A program made the position numbers and the translations under genes. Source: Candidatus Bathyarchaeota archaeon (GTDB taxonomy: Archaea; Thermoproteota; Bathyarchaeia; 40CM-2-53-6; RBG-13-38-9). From it: DNA of 64,000 nt. The notes under the pieces are model-generated. The model saw nothing but the letters and a program-made list of their open reading frames with translations. It was not told the DNA's origin and did not search any database. This document shows positions 29,477-39,595 of the stretch, in pieces (positions within the stretch are counted from its first letter, which is position 1; every line of letters starts with the position of its first letter). The stretch is taken from NCBI GenBank assembly GCA_963807605.1, contig CAWECG010000003.1, positions 640,001 through 704,000 of the forward strand, read 5' to 3'.

Positions 29477-29992
29477 GTCAATCTCATAACTCAGCTTGTA
29501 TTCTTGAATTAGCGCCAGCAGCGCTTCTGCATTTCCTTTTGCGTCATTCACGGGGTTGTGGTCGTGTGGGGTTTTTCTCAGGTATTTGAACGAACCAAAT
29601 AGATTCTTGGTCAGGCCTTTGTAAAGGGAGTTCAGATTTTGTGATGAGTGACCGAAGGGGTTTCTTTCCAAGAATGTGTGAAAATACCAACATACGAACA
29701 TCCAATCAAACCCGTTGTTATCTGAGATGAATATTGGCTTTCTCGCTGATACTTGATGGATCCATCTTTCAAAATCAGTCATCACGTGTAGAGGGTCGTC
29801 GAATGTAAGGGTTTGTTCTCTTGTATAGCCTGTTATTGCCAGCGCTTCAGGAACATATACGTCTGATATAGGTCGAAGTCTGCCATGAAAAATACGTTCC
29901 AGACCAAGTTCAACGGCTACAGCGCCTAATTCGATCATGGAGTATTTGCCAGGGATTGGTCCGTCAGCCTCCACATCAACCATAACGTACAT
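29474..29992 (-). CDS. DEDDh 3'-5' exonuclease
   Basis: VDVEADGP, N.GFDW, H.P..DA; ATG 29992. Confidence 0.88.
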   Translation of the reverse strand: MYVMVDVEADGPIPGKYSMIELGAVAVELGLERIFHGRLRPISDVYVPEALAITGYTREQTLTFDDPLHVMTDFERWIHQVSARKPIFISDNNGFDWMFVCWYFHTFLERNPFGHSSQNLNSLYKGLTKNLFGSFKYLRKTPHDHNPVNDAKGNAEALLALIQEYKLSYEID

Positions 29993-30086
29993 AGTTCTCT
30001 CAACACAGAATGCTTGCTTTACGCTTAAAAGAATCAGCACTACTTAGGTATTGGATTAGCGACCGGTAACAAAGAAGAGGCACACC

Positions 30087-30596
30087 ATGTTTACGATACA
30101 GGAGCTGTACAACTATTCATCCCGCGTTCGTAGTAGCTTTGCTGAGAAGCTTACTGAGTTGCCTTGGGCAGAGGTGGAGAAGAATAGGGAAGCAAGCTTC
30201 TACAGTATGAAGAATATTCTAATTCATATGATCGACAACGAAGATTGGATTGTAAACTGGGTTATTCACAACAAATCGACAGAGTACAGGCGAAGAAAGT
30301 CTGAGGAATATACTAACACGCAAATGATACTTGAGCATCTAGAAGAAGTTGCCAGGAAGACTAGGTCTTATATCGAGAATATTGACGAAAGCGAACTTAA
30401 GAGAAGAGTAAAATTCACCACCTCAACAGGACAGATATTTGATCTCTCTGTGGAAGAATGCCTCTTTCAATCATTCACAGAGCAGCTCTATCACATAGGC
30501 GAATTGACAGCCTTGCTATGGCAGCAAAATATTGAACCACCCAAGATGCAGTGGTTCTGGAACAATCCTAGAGAGCCAAACATGCGCCAAAGTTAA
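30087..30596 (+). CDS. DinB/YfiT-family four-helix protein
   Basis: S.KNIL.HM...ED.W, EQLYH.GEL.ALLWQ....PP. Confidence 0.85.
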   Translation: MFTIQELYNYSSRVRSSFAEKLTELPWAEVEKNREASFYSMKNILIHMIDNEDWIVNWVIHNKSTEYRRRKSEEYTNTQMILEHLEEVARKTRSYIENIDESELKRRVKFTTSTGQIFDLSVEECLFQSFTEQLYHIGELTALLWQQNIEPPKMQWFWNNPREPNMRQS

Positions 30597-30687
30597 GAGA
30601 TGAAGCTTACGCCCACGTGCACTTATATTTCAGGCTGAAGGGGCTACCTTAGCGCGGGCTTCTGATATAGCGCGTGCTGGCGGAATT

Positions 30688-31416
30688 CTAAAACTGCAAT
30701 TCGCCGTTGATGAATCTTCTAGTTATTTCATTGCTGGGATGTGTGAAAAAGTCTTGAGGACTTGCATGTTTCAGTATTCTGCCATAATGGATGTGGACTA
30801 TGCTGTCGGCTAATCGTTTCGCCTGATGTAGGTTGTGGGTGGCCAATATGATGGTGCATTCACTTTCTTTCTCTATCTTCTTGATGGTATTCTCTAGAAT
30901 TATGGCGTTAGTGGGGTCCAAGTTTGCTGTAGGCTCATCCAGAAGTAGGAATTCCGGTTTCAGCACAAATGCTCTAGCCAAGGCAACCCGTTGCTGCTCC
31001 CCACCTGAAAGCTCTTTTGCTCTTCTCTTTTGAAAATCTGCTAGCCCCACGGAAGTCAATACATCAGTTACTCTTTTCTTAATTTCTTCTTTCTCGAATC
31101 CTCTGATCGTGAGTCCAAAACTCACATTACCATATACGCTCGTGTTAAACATCACAGTACTTTGGAAAACCAGAGTAGAGATCTGCCGCAACTGCTGCGA
31201 GGTCATCTTCCTAGAGTTGAGGAGAATATCGCCTCCGCTCGGATCTTCCAAGCCAGCCAAGATTCTAAGAAGTGTCGTCTTCCCACAACCGTTCATTCCT
31301 AGGATTGCTACTATCTGACCGCCTTCAACTTCCAGCGTTACTGAATCTAGCGCCTTGATGTTGCCATATGCCTTATCGACTTTCTCGAGTAGAAGTCTGC
31401 CATCCATCCACCTCAA
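30688..31416 (-). CDS. Tungstate ABC transporter ATPase (TupC-like)
   Basis: GMNGCGKTT, LSGGEQQR, LLLDEPT, H-loop; overlaps permease gene. Confidence 0.88.
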   Translation of the reverse strand: MRWMDGRLLLEKVDKAYGNIKALDSVTLEVEGGQIVAILGMNGCGKTTLLRILAGLEDPSGGDILLNSRKMTSQQLRQISTLVFQSTVMFNTSVYGNVSFGLTIRGFEKEEIKKRVTDVLTSVGLADFQKRRAKELSGGEQQRVALARAFVLKPEFLLLDEPTANLDPTNAIILENTIKKIEKESECTIILATHNLHQAKRLADSIVHIHYGRILKHASPQDFFTHPSNEITRRFINGELQF

Positions 31417-32102
31417 CTCCTTCTGAAAAGATTGAGCACAACAGTAATCGAGAAGACTATTATCATGAGAATTATTCCAAGGCTGATGCTTAACGCAATT
31501 TCTCCCATCGCTGTCTCCAGTGCTATGGCTGTTGTCAGCATCCTTGTTACATAGCGGATGTTGCCTCCAATCATCATCGCTATACCAAGCTCGGCTATCG
31601 CTCTGTTGAAGGATGCAACGATTGCTAAGAAAACGCCTGAGATGGCTTCCCGCATGATCGCGACACTTGTTTGAAGATTCGAGGCGCCTAGAGTTCTAGC
31701 GAGATCTCTCAGTTGAACATCCGTAGACTCTATGGTACCACTTGCGAAGCTGATGACTATGGGTGCGACAAGTACTGATTCTCCTATAGCCATCCCTAAG
31801 GGTGTATAAAGCAGCTGGAAAACACCCAACGGCCCACTCCTTGAAAACAACAAATAGAAGACAAGACCCAGAGCGACCGTCGGAATTCCAAGGAGTGCAT
31901 TGAAAACACTTTGCACTAATCTCTTACCGCGGAACGATGAAAGTCCAAGAAGAGCGGCAAAAGGCAGCCCCCATGCGCATGCCATTATTGTGGCCAATCC
32001 AGAAACAAATACAGATCTTAGCGTTATAGAAACGACCTCAGGATCGCCGCTCAAAATGAGTTGTAACGCTTGGCGAAACGCTTCCACAAGTGTTTCTAAC
32101 AT
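31413..32102 (-). CDS. tupB: Tungstate ABC transporter permease
   Basis: P.VALGL..YLL.SRSGPLG...LL.TP, RAIAELG.AMMIGGNI...TR.LTTAIALET. Confidence 0.88.
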   Translation of the reverse strand: MLETLVEAFRQALQLILSGDPEVVSITLRSVFVSGLATIMACAWGLPFAALLGLSSFRGKRLVQSVFNALLGIPTVALGLVFYLLFSRSGPLGVFQLLYTPLGMAIGESVLVAPIVISFASGTIESTDVQLRDLARTLGASNLQTSVAIMREAISGVFLAIVASFNRAIAELGIAMMIGGNIRYVTRMLTTAIALETAMGEIALSISLGIILMIIVFSITVVLNLFRRS

Positions 32103-32308
32103 TCATATCACGGAGGACGTGGATACCCGCAGATTCCGATGTAGGTAATATCGTATTTCATTGATTGAATTAAAAAACTAGTGAACGAACAAAAGGCGTC
32201 TACGGAGGCATTCAGTTAGGTACGTGCAAGGGGATGAAATAACAAGGCTGCCGGCTTAAGTTCGGACGAGAAAAAGGAGGTGGAATCAAGGTAAGATGTG
32301 ATTTCATC

Positions 32309-35300
32309 TTACCTTGCTGGCATTGCTTTGTGTCTTCTCCATCGCAGTAGGTACATCGACGCTGCTAGGACTGAGACAAGAGCAAGCAGTCCTGTTGTTG
32401 GAAACTCGGGTACCGGTACACCTGACTCGTCAAGATAGAAGTCCTGGCCGCCGGCTACACCTCCCCAAGTTGCGACTACTGACCTTGCTGCGGTCTTGTA
32501 CCCTGCACCTTGAGTTGTCACGCTGTAGGTGTCTGGCCTAACGTAGGTATAGTAGGTTCCGTCGACGGGACCCCAAGCCTTCACGGTGGTATTGGCGCCT
32601 TGAACTGTTGTTGTCTGCCATGATCCTGCGAGGAAGTCCCCCTGCAAGTTACGCGTGTAGACAGTGCCTACGAGTCTGGATAAGAGATCTATTTCGAAGA
32701 CCACCGTCGCCTTTCCTTCGCATGTCGGTGTGGCTGTCACTGTCGTAAGCTGGATGTATCTGCCCGGATAGTCGGGATACCAAGCCTCCGCGACGATTGT
32801 GTAGGTTCCAGGTGGAATTCCATAGCTTCTATAGTCTCCTGAGAAACGATCTTTAGGAACACCTGGATAGGTAGCGAAGGGAGAGTAATATCCGAACCTC
32901 TTCTTGTATAATCCTGGGAATTTATTAGTATACCACGTGGTTACATCCTTGTAGAATAATCCGCCGCCTCCCGTTGTTGACGCCGCAGTGGTGCCTGGAC
33001 CATTTGTGACTAGGTGGTTCTCCGGGGAGGTGAACTCGCCGAAGCCGAAGAGCTGGAAGACCCAGCTCTGGACACCTGTTGGCTGTGCAGGATTAAGGTT
33101 TCCAGACCATGGCCACTGGCTTACAGTGTTGCTAGTGTTTACGGGGACGCCTGTTATGTTCGCCGCGATGAGTGTGCCATTCGAGTTGTATACGTGTATC
33201 CTGAACTGGAAGCTGTAGACATCTTCTGGGAGCGGTGCAGGTATCAGCTCTGTCTTAAAGTCCAAAACGACATCGATCTCACTGCCGGTCAAGAGGTATA
33301 GGGGAATGTCACCTGTAGAGGAGCCCACCACCGCCGAAACATAAGGTATCTGTTCCTGAATGTAGCCGACAGTGTAAGCTTGCAGACTATAGGTACCCGT
33401 GAAAAGACCTGTTGGACGATACTGATTCCTTAGATAGTCCTCGAAAGTAACCTTCCAACCGACCAGATTCGCGACTGTTATCTTGTTCTGTCCGGCTATC
33501 TGATTAATCTGATCATAATAGCTGCCTGCAACCCATGCGTTATTGCCGTCGTAGACATAAACTCTCAATGGTGAGGGTGGATGCAGCCAGTTTACCGGCT
33601 GTGATGGATCCTCGCAGTCACGTGAATAGACTGTTGTTGTTATGTTGGCTCCTTTGATCAGATCGAAGCTTAATGAGCCGTTGCTACAGGACTGGACTGT
33701 TGCAGACGGAAACTCCTCCTGAACGTATCCTATATAATAGGCCCTTATATCGTATGTCCCGTCAGGCATACCGTATCCAGCCTGCTTTCGACTCAGTGGC
33801 TCAGGGCCGGCGAAGCCACTCAGCTGAAGACTCATTGCGGGCGCCTTGGCTATGCCTCTCCCTCCGACATCTGTAAAGTTCCATGCTCGGACTATGTTGG
33901 ATGTATCCACAGCCTCCACAATTAGTACTGAGTTTATTGTTGGCGCTACCGGAGCCGCCGGCAATTCTTGGTTGAGGAAGTGAACCGTCGCATTGAGTGT
34001 GCCGCCTTTGAAGAGATCCATCTGTTCGGAGACTGAGCCGGGAAACTCTACTGCTGGAAAGACTACTTGCAGAGTCGATGTTTGCCAGTAACCGAAGACC
34101 CAGACCTTAGCGTAGTAAGTTGAAGGAGCCAGGCCGCATGTGAAGTGAGCGTTAGCGTCTGGAACGTGACCATCCCATTGGGTCTGGATTCCAGAATAAC
34201 CCGTAGGATTTCCCAAACAGGTGGTAAAGTTTCTCGGATTTGTGGCTATGTTGAAGTAGTCGTTCCTCCAACCTAGCAATGTATTGTTTACATCGTCAAC
34301 TTCAACCCTGTAGTATGCATAGGGCCATCCCTGAAGCGGCTGCGGGTTAGGCGGGTAGAGGGTTGCAAGCCTGCTTCCAACCTCTCCCAGACCGTTAGGT
34401 CCTGGGACCGCTCTTCTCCCAAATGTAGTGTAGTCAGGCCAATCGACAGGCCCTGTTGGACACTTTGAATAAATTGTCAGACAGAGACCTGCATCTGGAA
34501 GAATGTAAATGTCGACTCCATGCACTGATTGGCCTGTATTCACAGTTACCTGGGCAGGCATAATTGTAGGGACGAATCCTGCAGCGCATGCTGTGAGCGT
34601 GTAGATGCCTGGTGCCAGACCCTCAATCTCATAGTAGCCATCAGCGGTAGCGTTGAAGTAGCCGACTCCGCAGACAGATCTTCCGGTTGGCTGGCCAGTT
34701 ACTGGGTCATTAGCTGTCCCATTGGCGATGACCTTACCTGGGCTTTGGATCCCTGCACCGTAGTAGGATCCATAGTAGTATGAGGAATGACCTGCGTACC
34801 TTAATGTGCCCGATATGTAGCCTGGGTCAACCTCTCCCTTGACAACCAGTACTGGATAGTTCTCAGGGGGGAAGGACTCGTACTGCTCGTATAAGCCGAA
34901 GAGTAATTGCTTTGTGTAAAAGACTTTGAAGAAGTATTTCCCAGCACATGTTGGTGCCTTGAAGTCGTAAGCTATTATCTCGTACATGCCATAGCGCCAG
35001 TCCGGCCTCTTGTACGGCTGCCTATCCTGGAACGGATCCTGCCCTGCTGGGTAGAGATAATTTGATGATTTCTTAGTGATTGGGTCGGTTACGTTTGGTG
35101 CTGTGATGGCTATGTACCACCAGCCAGGGGCAAAAGGATGATCGGCGGTGAATTTTCCAACTTTGATAAAAGCGTAATCGCTCGTTATACTTGTTACTAC
35201 CCGCCACTTTGAAGTAGTGTTCGCTACTGGCGTGAACTCTGGAGGAATCGCGATGTAGAGATATTTGCTTCTGCCGTTATATCTCTCGAAACTGATATCC

Positions 35301-35686
35301 AAGCCAGGCTGTTTAATATTGGAGGCGTTGGCAGGGCTGGAAATGTTGATGTAAAAGCAGAGGGGGCCAGTCGACCCGGTCACTACCGATCCGTTTGGGG
35401 AATAGTATTGATATTGGGCAGAGATTGGCTGGTATAATAGTCCTGGACTCACATATGCGAGATGCCCTGCCTCGAAGCCCTGAGCCACAGCGTAAGAATT
35501 GTTAGCATGCTGATCAGGCATAGTATTTGTTGGATTCCCCATAGGCGCCTCAGGACCACTCACTCCTTGATGCCCTAATGTGAAATGTGCCGAGACGTTC
35601 TCCACACCCACAAGAGTTGATATGACTAGCCCAAGTAGGACCAATGCTCCCAGCATCTTAGTTGTCAGCTTGAAACGCGCTACCAT
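32309..35686 (-). CDS. Large secreted cell-surface glycoprotein, beta-sandwich repeats, PEF-CTERM sorting signal
   Basis: Signal peptide; repeated GxYxV/L..xGY modules; many NxS/T; C-terminal VPEFP-TM-RWRRHK. Confidence 0.85.
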   Translation of the reverse strand: MVARFKLTTKMLGALVLLGLVISTLVGVENVSAHFTLGHQGVSGPEAPMGNPTNTMPDQHANNSYAVAQGFEAGHLAYVSPGLLYQPISAQYQYYSPNGSVVTGSTGPLCFYINISSPANASNIKQPGLDISFERYNGRSKYLYIAIPPEFTPVANTTSKWRVVTSITSDYAFIKVGKFTADHPFAPGWWYIAITAPNVTDPITKKSSNYLYPAGQDPFQDRQPYKRPDWRYGMYEIIAYDFKAPTCAGKYFFKVFYTKQLLFGLYEQYESFPPENYPVLVVKGEVDPGYISGTLRYAGHSSYYYGSYYGAGIQSPGKVIANGTANDPVTGQPTGRSVCGVGYFNATADGYYEIEGLAPGIYTLTACAAGFVPTIMPAQVTVNTGQSVHGVDIYILPDAGLCLTIYSKCPTGPVDWPDYTTFGRRAVPGPNGLGEVGSRLATLYPPNPQPLQGWPYAYYRVEVDDVNNTLLGWRNDYFNIATNPRNFTTCLGNPTGYSGIQTQWDGHVPDANAHFTCGLAPSTYYAKVWVFGYWQTSTLQVVFPAVEFPGSVSEQMDLFKGGTLNATVHFLNQELPAAPVAPTINSVLIVEAVDTSNIVRAWNFTDVGGRGIAKAPAMSLQLSGFAGPEPLSRKQAGYGMPDGTYDIRAYYIGYVQEEFPSATVQSCSNGSLSFDLIKGANITTTVYSRDCEDPSQPVNWLHPPSPLRVYVYDGNNAWVAGSYYDQINQIAGQNKITVANLVGWKVTFEDYLRNQYRPTGLFTGTYSLQAYTVGYIQEQIPYVSAVVGSSTGDIPLYLLTGSEIDVVLDFKTELIPAPLPEDVYSFQFRIHVYNSNGTLIAANITGVPVNTSNTVSQWPWSGNLNPAQPTGVQSWVFQLFGFGEFTSPENHLVTNGPGTTAASTTGGGGLFYKDVTTWYTNKFPGLYKKRFGYYSPFATYPGVPKDRFSGDYRSYGIPPGTYTIVAEAWYPDYPGRYIQLTTVTATPTCEGKATVVFEIDLLSRLVGTVYTRNLQGDFLAGSWQTTTVQGANTTVKAWGPVDGTYYTYVRPDTYSVTTQGAGYKTAARSVVATWGGVAGGQDFYLDESGVPVPEFPTTGLLALVSVLAASMYLLRWRRHKAMPAR

Positions 35687-35855
35687 GTTTCTCTTCACAT
35701 CGCATTTACTCAAGGTACTGGCCACTATCATGCAAGTACGTGATATTTAAGCGCTTACCATAGCTGCTTAAGTAAGCGTGACTGTTTACAAAACAAGCGG
35801 GTGCAGACGTGATTTTTCTCTTTGTCATAAATTCCTTTGCCATATTTCACACATC

Positions 35856-37673
35856 CTAATGAGGTGGGCCAAAACCGTAATCTGCCAGCAACTTTTGGCC
35901 TTCGTCTGAAAGCCAGAAAGCCATGTATTTGACGGCCAAATCTTTGTTGCCGGTTTTTTTCATCACAGCTATACCATAGGTGGTCTTTGTGTTCACTTCT
36001 GAGGGGATCTGAACGTAGCTTAGGTTGGATCCTTGAGATTTTACATCTGTCGTGTAAGCAAAACCCGCGTCGCACAATCCCGTCAGGACTTTGCTCACTA
36101 CATTTGAAACCGCAGGCTCATAAGAGACGATGTTAAGAATGACCTTATCTCTATAATGTTCCCATTGGGGACCTTTGTAGTTTGGATCAGATCTGTTTCC
36201 CCAAGTACTCTGGATTTTTGCAAGTGTCGTATCCGTTGCTTTTCCTACGGGAACACTCAACTTCGCGACAGTGATCCTAGTATTTGGTAGAGTCAACTCG
36301 TCAAGAGAGGTTATGTTCTTTGGATTGTTCGCTGGTAGGATCACTATAAGATTATTCGTTGTGAAGTTCTTGTAATCGTTGTTGAGTAGAAGCTTGGACG
36401 TCTTCAGCATGTTAGTCCATTTGAAGTCGGCGGACAAATAGACGTCCGCTGTTGAGCCTAAGAAAGCTATTTGTTGATAAAGACTGTCGGATCCACCAGT
36501 GGTAAAATTCAACTTGACATTATTCTCTTTTTCGAATGTTGCCTGGTATTTCTTTACAGCTTTGGCCAGGCTTGATGCGACAAATACCCGCAATTTTGTG
36601 GGGGTGCTAGATGGTTGTTGAAGCGCGGCCGCTGGGAGATTGGGAGTTATTTCTGGCGAGTAGAGATCGCCTTCTTGGTATCGATATTGGCTGGGGCATT
36701 CTGTACCGTTGAAATAGGCGTATTGTGCAATCCATTGGATAAGCGTAGTGTTGCTTCCCTTTTTGAGCAGGTTGATATACGATCCGAAGAGAGGCTGTCC
36801 ATATTGTTGTCGTCCATAGTCATCAAATAATGCCTGACCCTTATCTGATACGACGAAGTTAATGAACATCATTGAGGCATTGAAGTTTGACTTTGCAACC
36901 TCGGATTTTCTAGGGTTGTTGGCGATTACACTATAAACGTTGAGAGTACTTTTTCCAGGTGGGACCAAGATTACAAGGTCAATATTCTTCTTGTTGTAGT
37001 TCGTTAAGTAGCTTCCGAGGTCTGTTAATGTGTAACCTCGTTTCTGATCCGCCAATGTTAGGGTAGCCGTCATCCCGGCTCCCGCTGATAGATACCAGTC
37101 ACTTTTGCCAAGGATTGTGGCGTTGAATCCGGCAGCTTTCCAAATGCTTTTCTCTTTTGAATTGGTTCCGGAGTTGTCTCCTCGAGAGACCCATAGAGCA
37201 TTTTTCTTCTCTCCAGCTTCTTTGATCCTCTTGAAGGCGTCTATAGGCGATAGGCCTTTCACTCCAGCGGGGTCTTCTTTGGGTCCAACTATCACGAAGA
37301 AGTTGTAACCTATGACTTTGCGGTTCACTCCAAAACCGCCTTGTAGAAACTTGAGTTCAGACGCAGGGTCATGAACAAATATCATGTCGGCGTCGCCCCT
37401 CATAGCAGTCTGTATTGCCAGACCAGTCCCTTGGGAAAGGAAGGACACATTGATCGATGGGTTTTCCTTCTCAAAAGCAGACTTCAACACATCTAGGAAG
37501 CCGGTCTCGTACAGGCTAGTTGTCGACGAAACGATAAGATGTTGCTTGGGTGTTGCGACCTGCATAGTCAGATAGGCGTAAGCGCCTATTCCAAGAACTA
37601 TGACCAATATGATAGCGGCAACAAGAAGCTTAGTTCTCCTACGTGTGCCTTTCTCAACTTTTTTGTCTGACAT
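35856..37673 (-). CDS. Fused TupA (tungstate) + ModA (molybdate) substrate-binding protein
   Basis: N-domain TTS..TG.L, GTG.A, HDP, SRGDNSGT (TupA); C-domain ASSL, GGSD.L..QI, VPVG, DAGFAY.TD (ModA); ATG 37673. Confidence 0.88.
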   Translation of the reverse strand: MSDKKVEKGTRRRTKLLVAAIILVIVLGIGAYAYLTMQVATPKQHLIVSSTTSLYETGFLDVLKSAFEKENPSINVSFLSQGTGLAIQTAMRGDADMIFVHDPASELKFLQGGFGVNRKVIGYNFFVIVGPKEDPAGVKGLSPIDAFKRIKEAGEKKNALWVSRGDNSGTNSKEKSIWKAAGFNATILGKSDWYLSAGAGMTATLTLADQKRGYTLTDLGSYLTNYNKKNIDLVILVPPGKSTLNVYSVIANNPRKSEVAKSNFNASMMFINFVVSDKGQALFDDYGRQQYGQPLFGSYINLLKKGSNTTLIQWIAQYAYFNGTECPSQYRYQEGDLYSPEITPNLPAAALQQPSSTPTKLRVFVASSLAKAVKKYQATFEKENNVKLNFTTGGSDSLYQQIAFLGSTADVYLSADFKWTNMLKTSKLLLNNDYKNFTTNNLIVILPANNPKNITSLDELTLPNTRITVAKLSVPVGKATDTTLAKIQSTWGNRSDPNYKGPQWEHYRDKVILNIVSYEPAVSNVVSKVLTGLCDAGFAYTTDVKSQGSNLSYVQIPSEVNTKTTYGIAVMKKTGNKDLAVKYMAFWLSDEGQKLLADYGFGPPH

Positions 37674-37681
37674 TATCCCAC

Positions 37682-37695
37682 CGTTATGTATAACG
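37682..37695. promoter_or_regulatory. Candidate ModE operator palindrome CGTTATgtATAACG
   Basis: 6-bp arm palindrome between divergent tupA-modA and modE-like starts; arms resemble the CGTTAT/ATAACG ends of known ModE boxes. Confidence 0.45.
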
Positions 37696-37765
37696 AAACA
37701 GGTCGCTTCATTGTCAATGCGATATACTTTTAAAAATACCGGTGAAGATCTGACCCTTGAGATCA

Positions 37766-38119
37766 ATGCGACTGTTAAGACAGAGGCTCCACCCGTCCTA
37801 CAAGATTTGGCTGACGTCGAGAGGGGGATATGTTATCGGTAAAGGTGGCGCTTCGCTCTTCAAAGGCATTGAGAAATACGGCTCGATCTCAAAGGCAGCC
37901 GAGGAATTGGGGTGGTCATACAAGTATGCATGGGATCAGCTGAGGGAAATGGAGAGTAAGTTGGGGGCTCCGGTAGTTGTTAGAAAACGGGGTGGAGCAA
38001 CCGGGGGAGGAGCAAAGTTGACAGAATTAGCCAAATCCTTACTGGGGAAATATGAAGAGATCGAAAGAAGTGTGAAGAGAACTATACGCGCACGCTCCCA
38101 GGAGCTGGCGTTACGTTAA
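37766..38119 (+). CDS. ModE-like winged-helix regulator (N-domain only)
   Basis: KIWL, IG.G...L..GI...GSISKAAE.LG.SYK.AW, RGG..GGGA.LT. Confidence 0.9.
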   Translation: MRLLRQRLHPSYKIWLTSRGGYVIGKGGASLFKGIEKYGSISKAAEELGWSYKYAWDQLREMESKLGAPVVVRKRGGATGGGAKLTELAKSLLGKYEEIERSVKRTIRARSQELALR

Positions 38120-38236
38120 TAATGCCCTATAGACCGGGGAGCGAGATTCGCACAGTGATTTACTGATATACCACTCCGGAAAGCCAAGGCTGTCAAATTA
38201 AAGGACGCCATTCCTAATATTGGCAGACATATATTC

Positions 38237-38248
38237 TAGCGCGCGCTA
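38237..38248. repeat. Perfect TAGCGCGCGCTA palindrome
   Basis: Between convergent modE-like and ModC-like genes. Confidence 0.9.
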
Positions 38249-38323
38249 AATACTCTGTATCTGAACACACTCTTGCCTAGGTCTTTGCGAATTTTCTGAG
38301 CCTGACAGCTCAGCTCCAGTTAT

Positions 38324-39427
38324 CTATACTGGAGAAATGCTCATGGAATCTGCCTTGAACTGGACGTAAATCTTCTTTCCTTCAGTAAAATCAAAATCTT
38401 CTAGGGAACTCAAGGTCAGCTCAGAACTTATTGGAAAACCTACATCCACCAACACCTTCGCATTGGACTTCATTCGAACTATCTCGACAATTGTCCCTGC
38501 AAGGTTATTACAGGTGCATCCAAACCACTTGTGATTATTAATAGTGGGTTCACATGACAGAATGACATCTTCAGGCTTGATAGTGACCAAGATGTTTTCC
38601 CCACTCACATTTCCAATCGAACCTGCCAAGAGTTCTGTCCCTTTTATCTCAATCTTACCAGGACTCATTGAATCATGAACGACTCTTCCATCGTAGACGT
38701 TTAGTCCAAGAAACTCTGCTACGTATCTCGAATTTGGCTTCTTCAAGACTTCGTTGCGGTGACCGATCTGTTCTATGCGCCCATTTCCCATTATTGCTAT
38801 TCTATTAGATAGGGTGTAGGCCTCAGCCAAGTCATGGGTTACGTAGATAGATGTTATCTCAAGATTTCTCAGGAGATTCTTAATCTCGGTTCTCAGGTTT
38901 TCTCTGATTTGTGGGTCGAGTGCAGCTAATGGCTCATCCAAGAGCAAGATTTCTGGATTTGTAGCAATGGACCTAGCTAGGGCTACACGCTGCTGCTGTC
39001 CCCCACTGAGTTCGTGTGGATAAGATTCAGCATGACTGCGGAGTCTCACAAATTCCAGAAGCGAATGAGTCTGTTGCTTAATTTCACGCTTGGGCAGGTT
39101 CATTGCTTTCAGGCCGTAAGCTACGTTGTCACGGGCCCTCATATGTGGGAAGAGGGCGTAGTTCTGGAAGACGTATCCTATCTTCCGCTTGGATGGCTTT
39201 ACGTGAATTCTGCGTCTTCCCAACCTTCCATCAACGAGAGTGTTGTTGATAGAGACTTCTCCTTCGTCAGGTCGGCAGAGGCCAGCGATTATATTGAGCA
39301 TTGTTGTTTTGCCGCATCCACTAGGTCCGACCACTGCCAGAAGCTCGTTCTCTCCCACATTCAGCGTGATCCCTTTCAGAACCTCTCTCTTCCCAAATCG
39401 CTTCTTGACTTCATTGAGTTTAATCAT
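38324..39427 (-). CDS. Molybdate/tungstate ABC ATPase with TOBE domain (ModC/WtpC-like)
   Basis: GPSGCGKTT, FQNYALFPH, LSGGQQQR, DEP, C-terminal TOBE; ATG 39427. Confidence 0.88.
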   Translation of the reverse strand: MIKLNEVKKRFGKREVLKGITLNVGENELLAVVGPSGCGKTTMLNIIAGLCRPDEGEVSINNTLVDGRLGRRRIHVKPSKRKIGYVFQNYALFPHMRARDNVAYGLKAMNLPKREIKQQTHSLLEFVRLRSHAESYPHELSGGQQQRVALARSIATNPEILLLDEPLAALDPQIRENLRTEIKNLLRNLEITSIYVTHDLAEAYTLSNRIAIMGNGRIEQIGHRNEVLKKPNSRYVAEFLGLNVYDGRVVHDSMSPGKIEIKGTELLAGSIGNVSGENILVTIKPEDVILSCEPTINNHKWFGCTCNNLAGTIVEIVRMKSNAKVLVDVGFPISSELTLSSLEDFDFTEGKKIYVQFKADSMSISPV

Positions 39428-39595
39428 TGACTTGCACCAAGTCTTCTTCGCTCCACGAGTCTGATGGCTGCGGAAAGAGAGCATGAAATAACAATCAGAA
39501 TTGCAGGCAGCGAATCTGGTGCCAGAGGATCCTTAGTTATCAGCATGAGGCTCATCCGTCGTTTAAAGGGAGCGCTCTTCAAGAGCTTCTCGATT
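39424..39595 (-). pseudogene. Probable remnant of ModB permease (last TM helix only)
   Basis: About 170 nt between modA and modC encoding ...DP...SLPAILIVISCSLSAAIRLVERRR, stop overlapping modC start. Confidence 0.5.
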
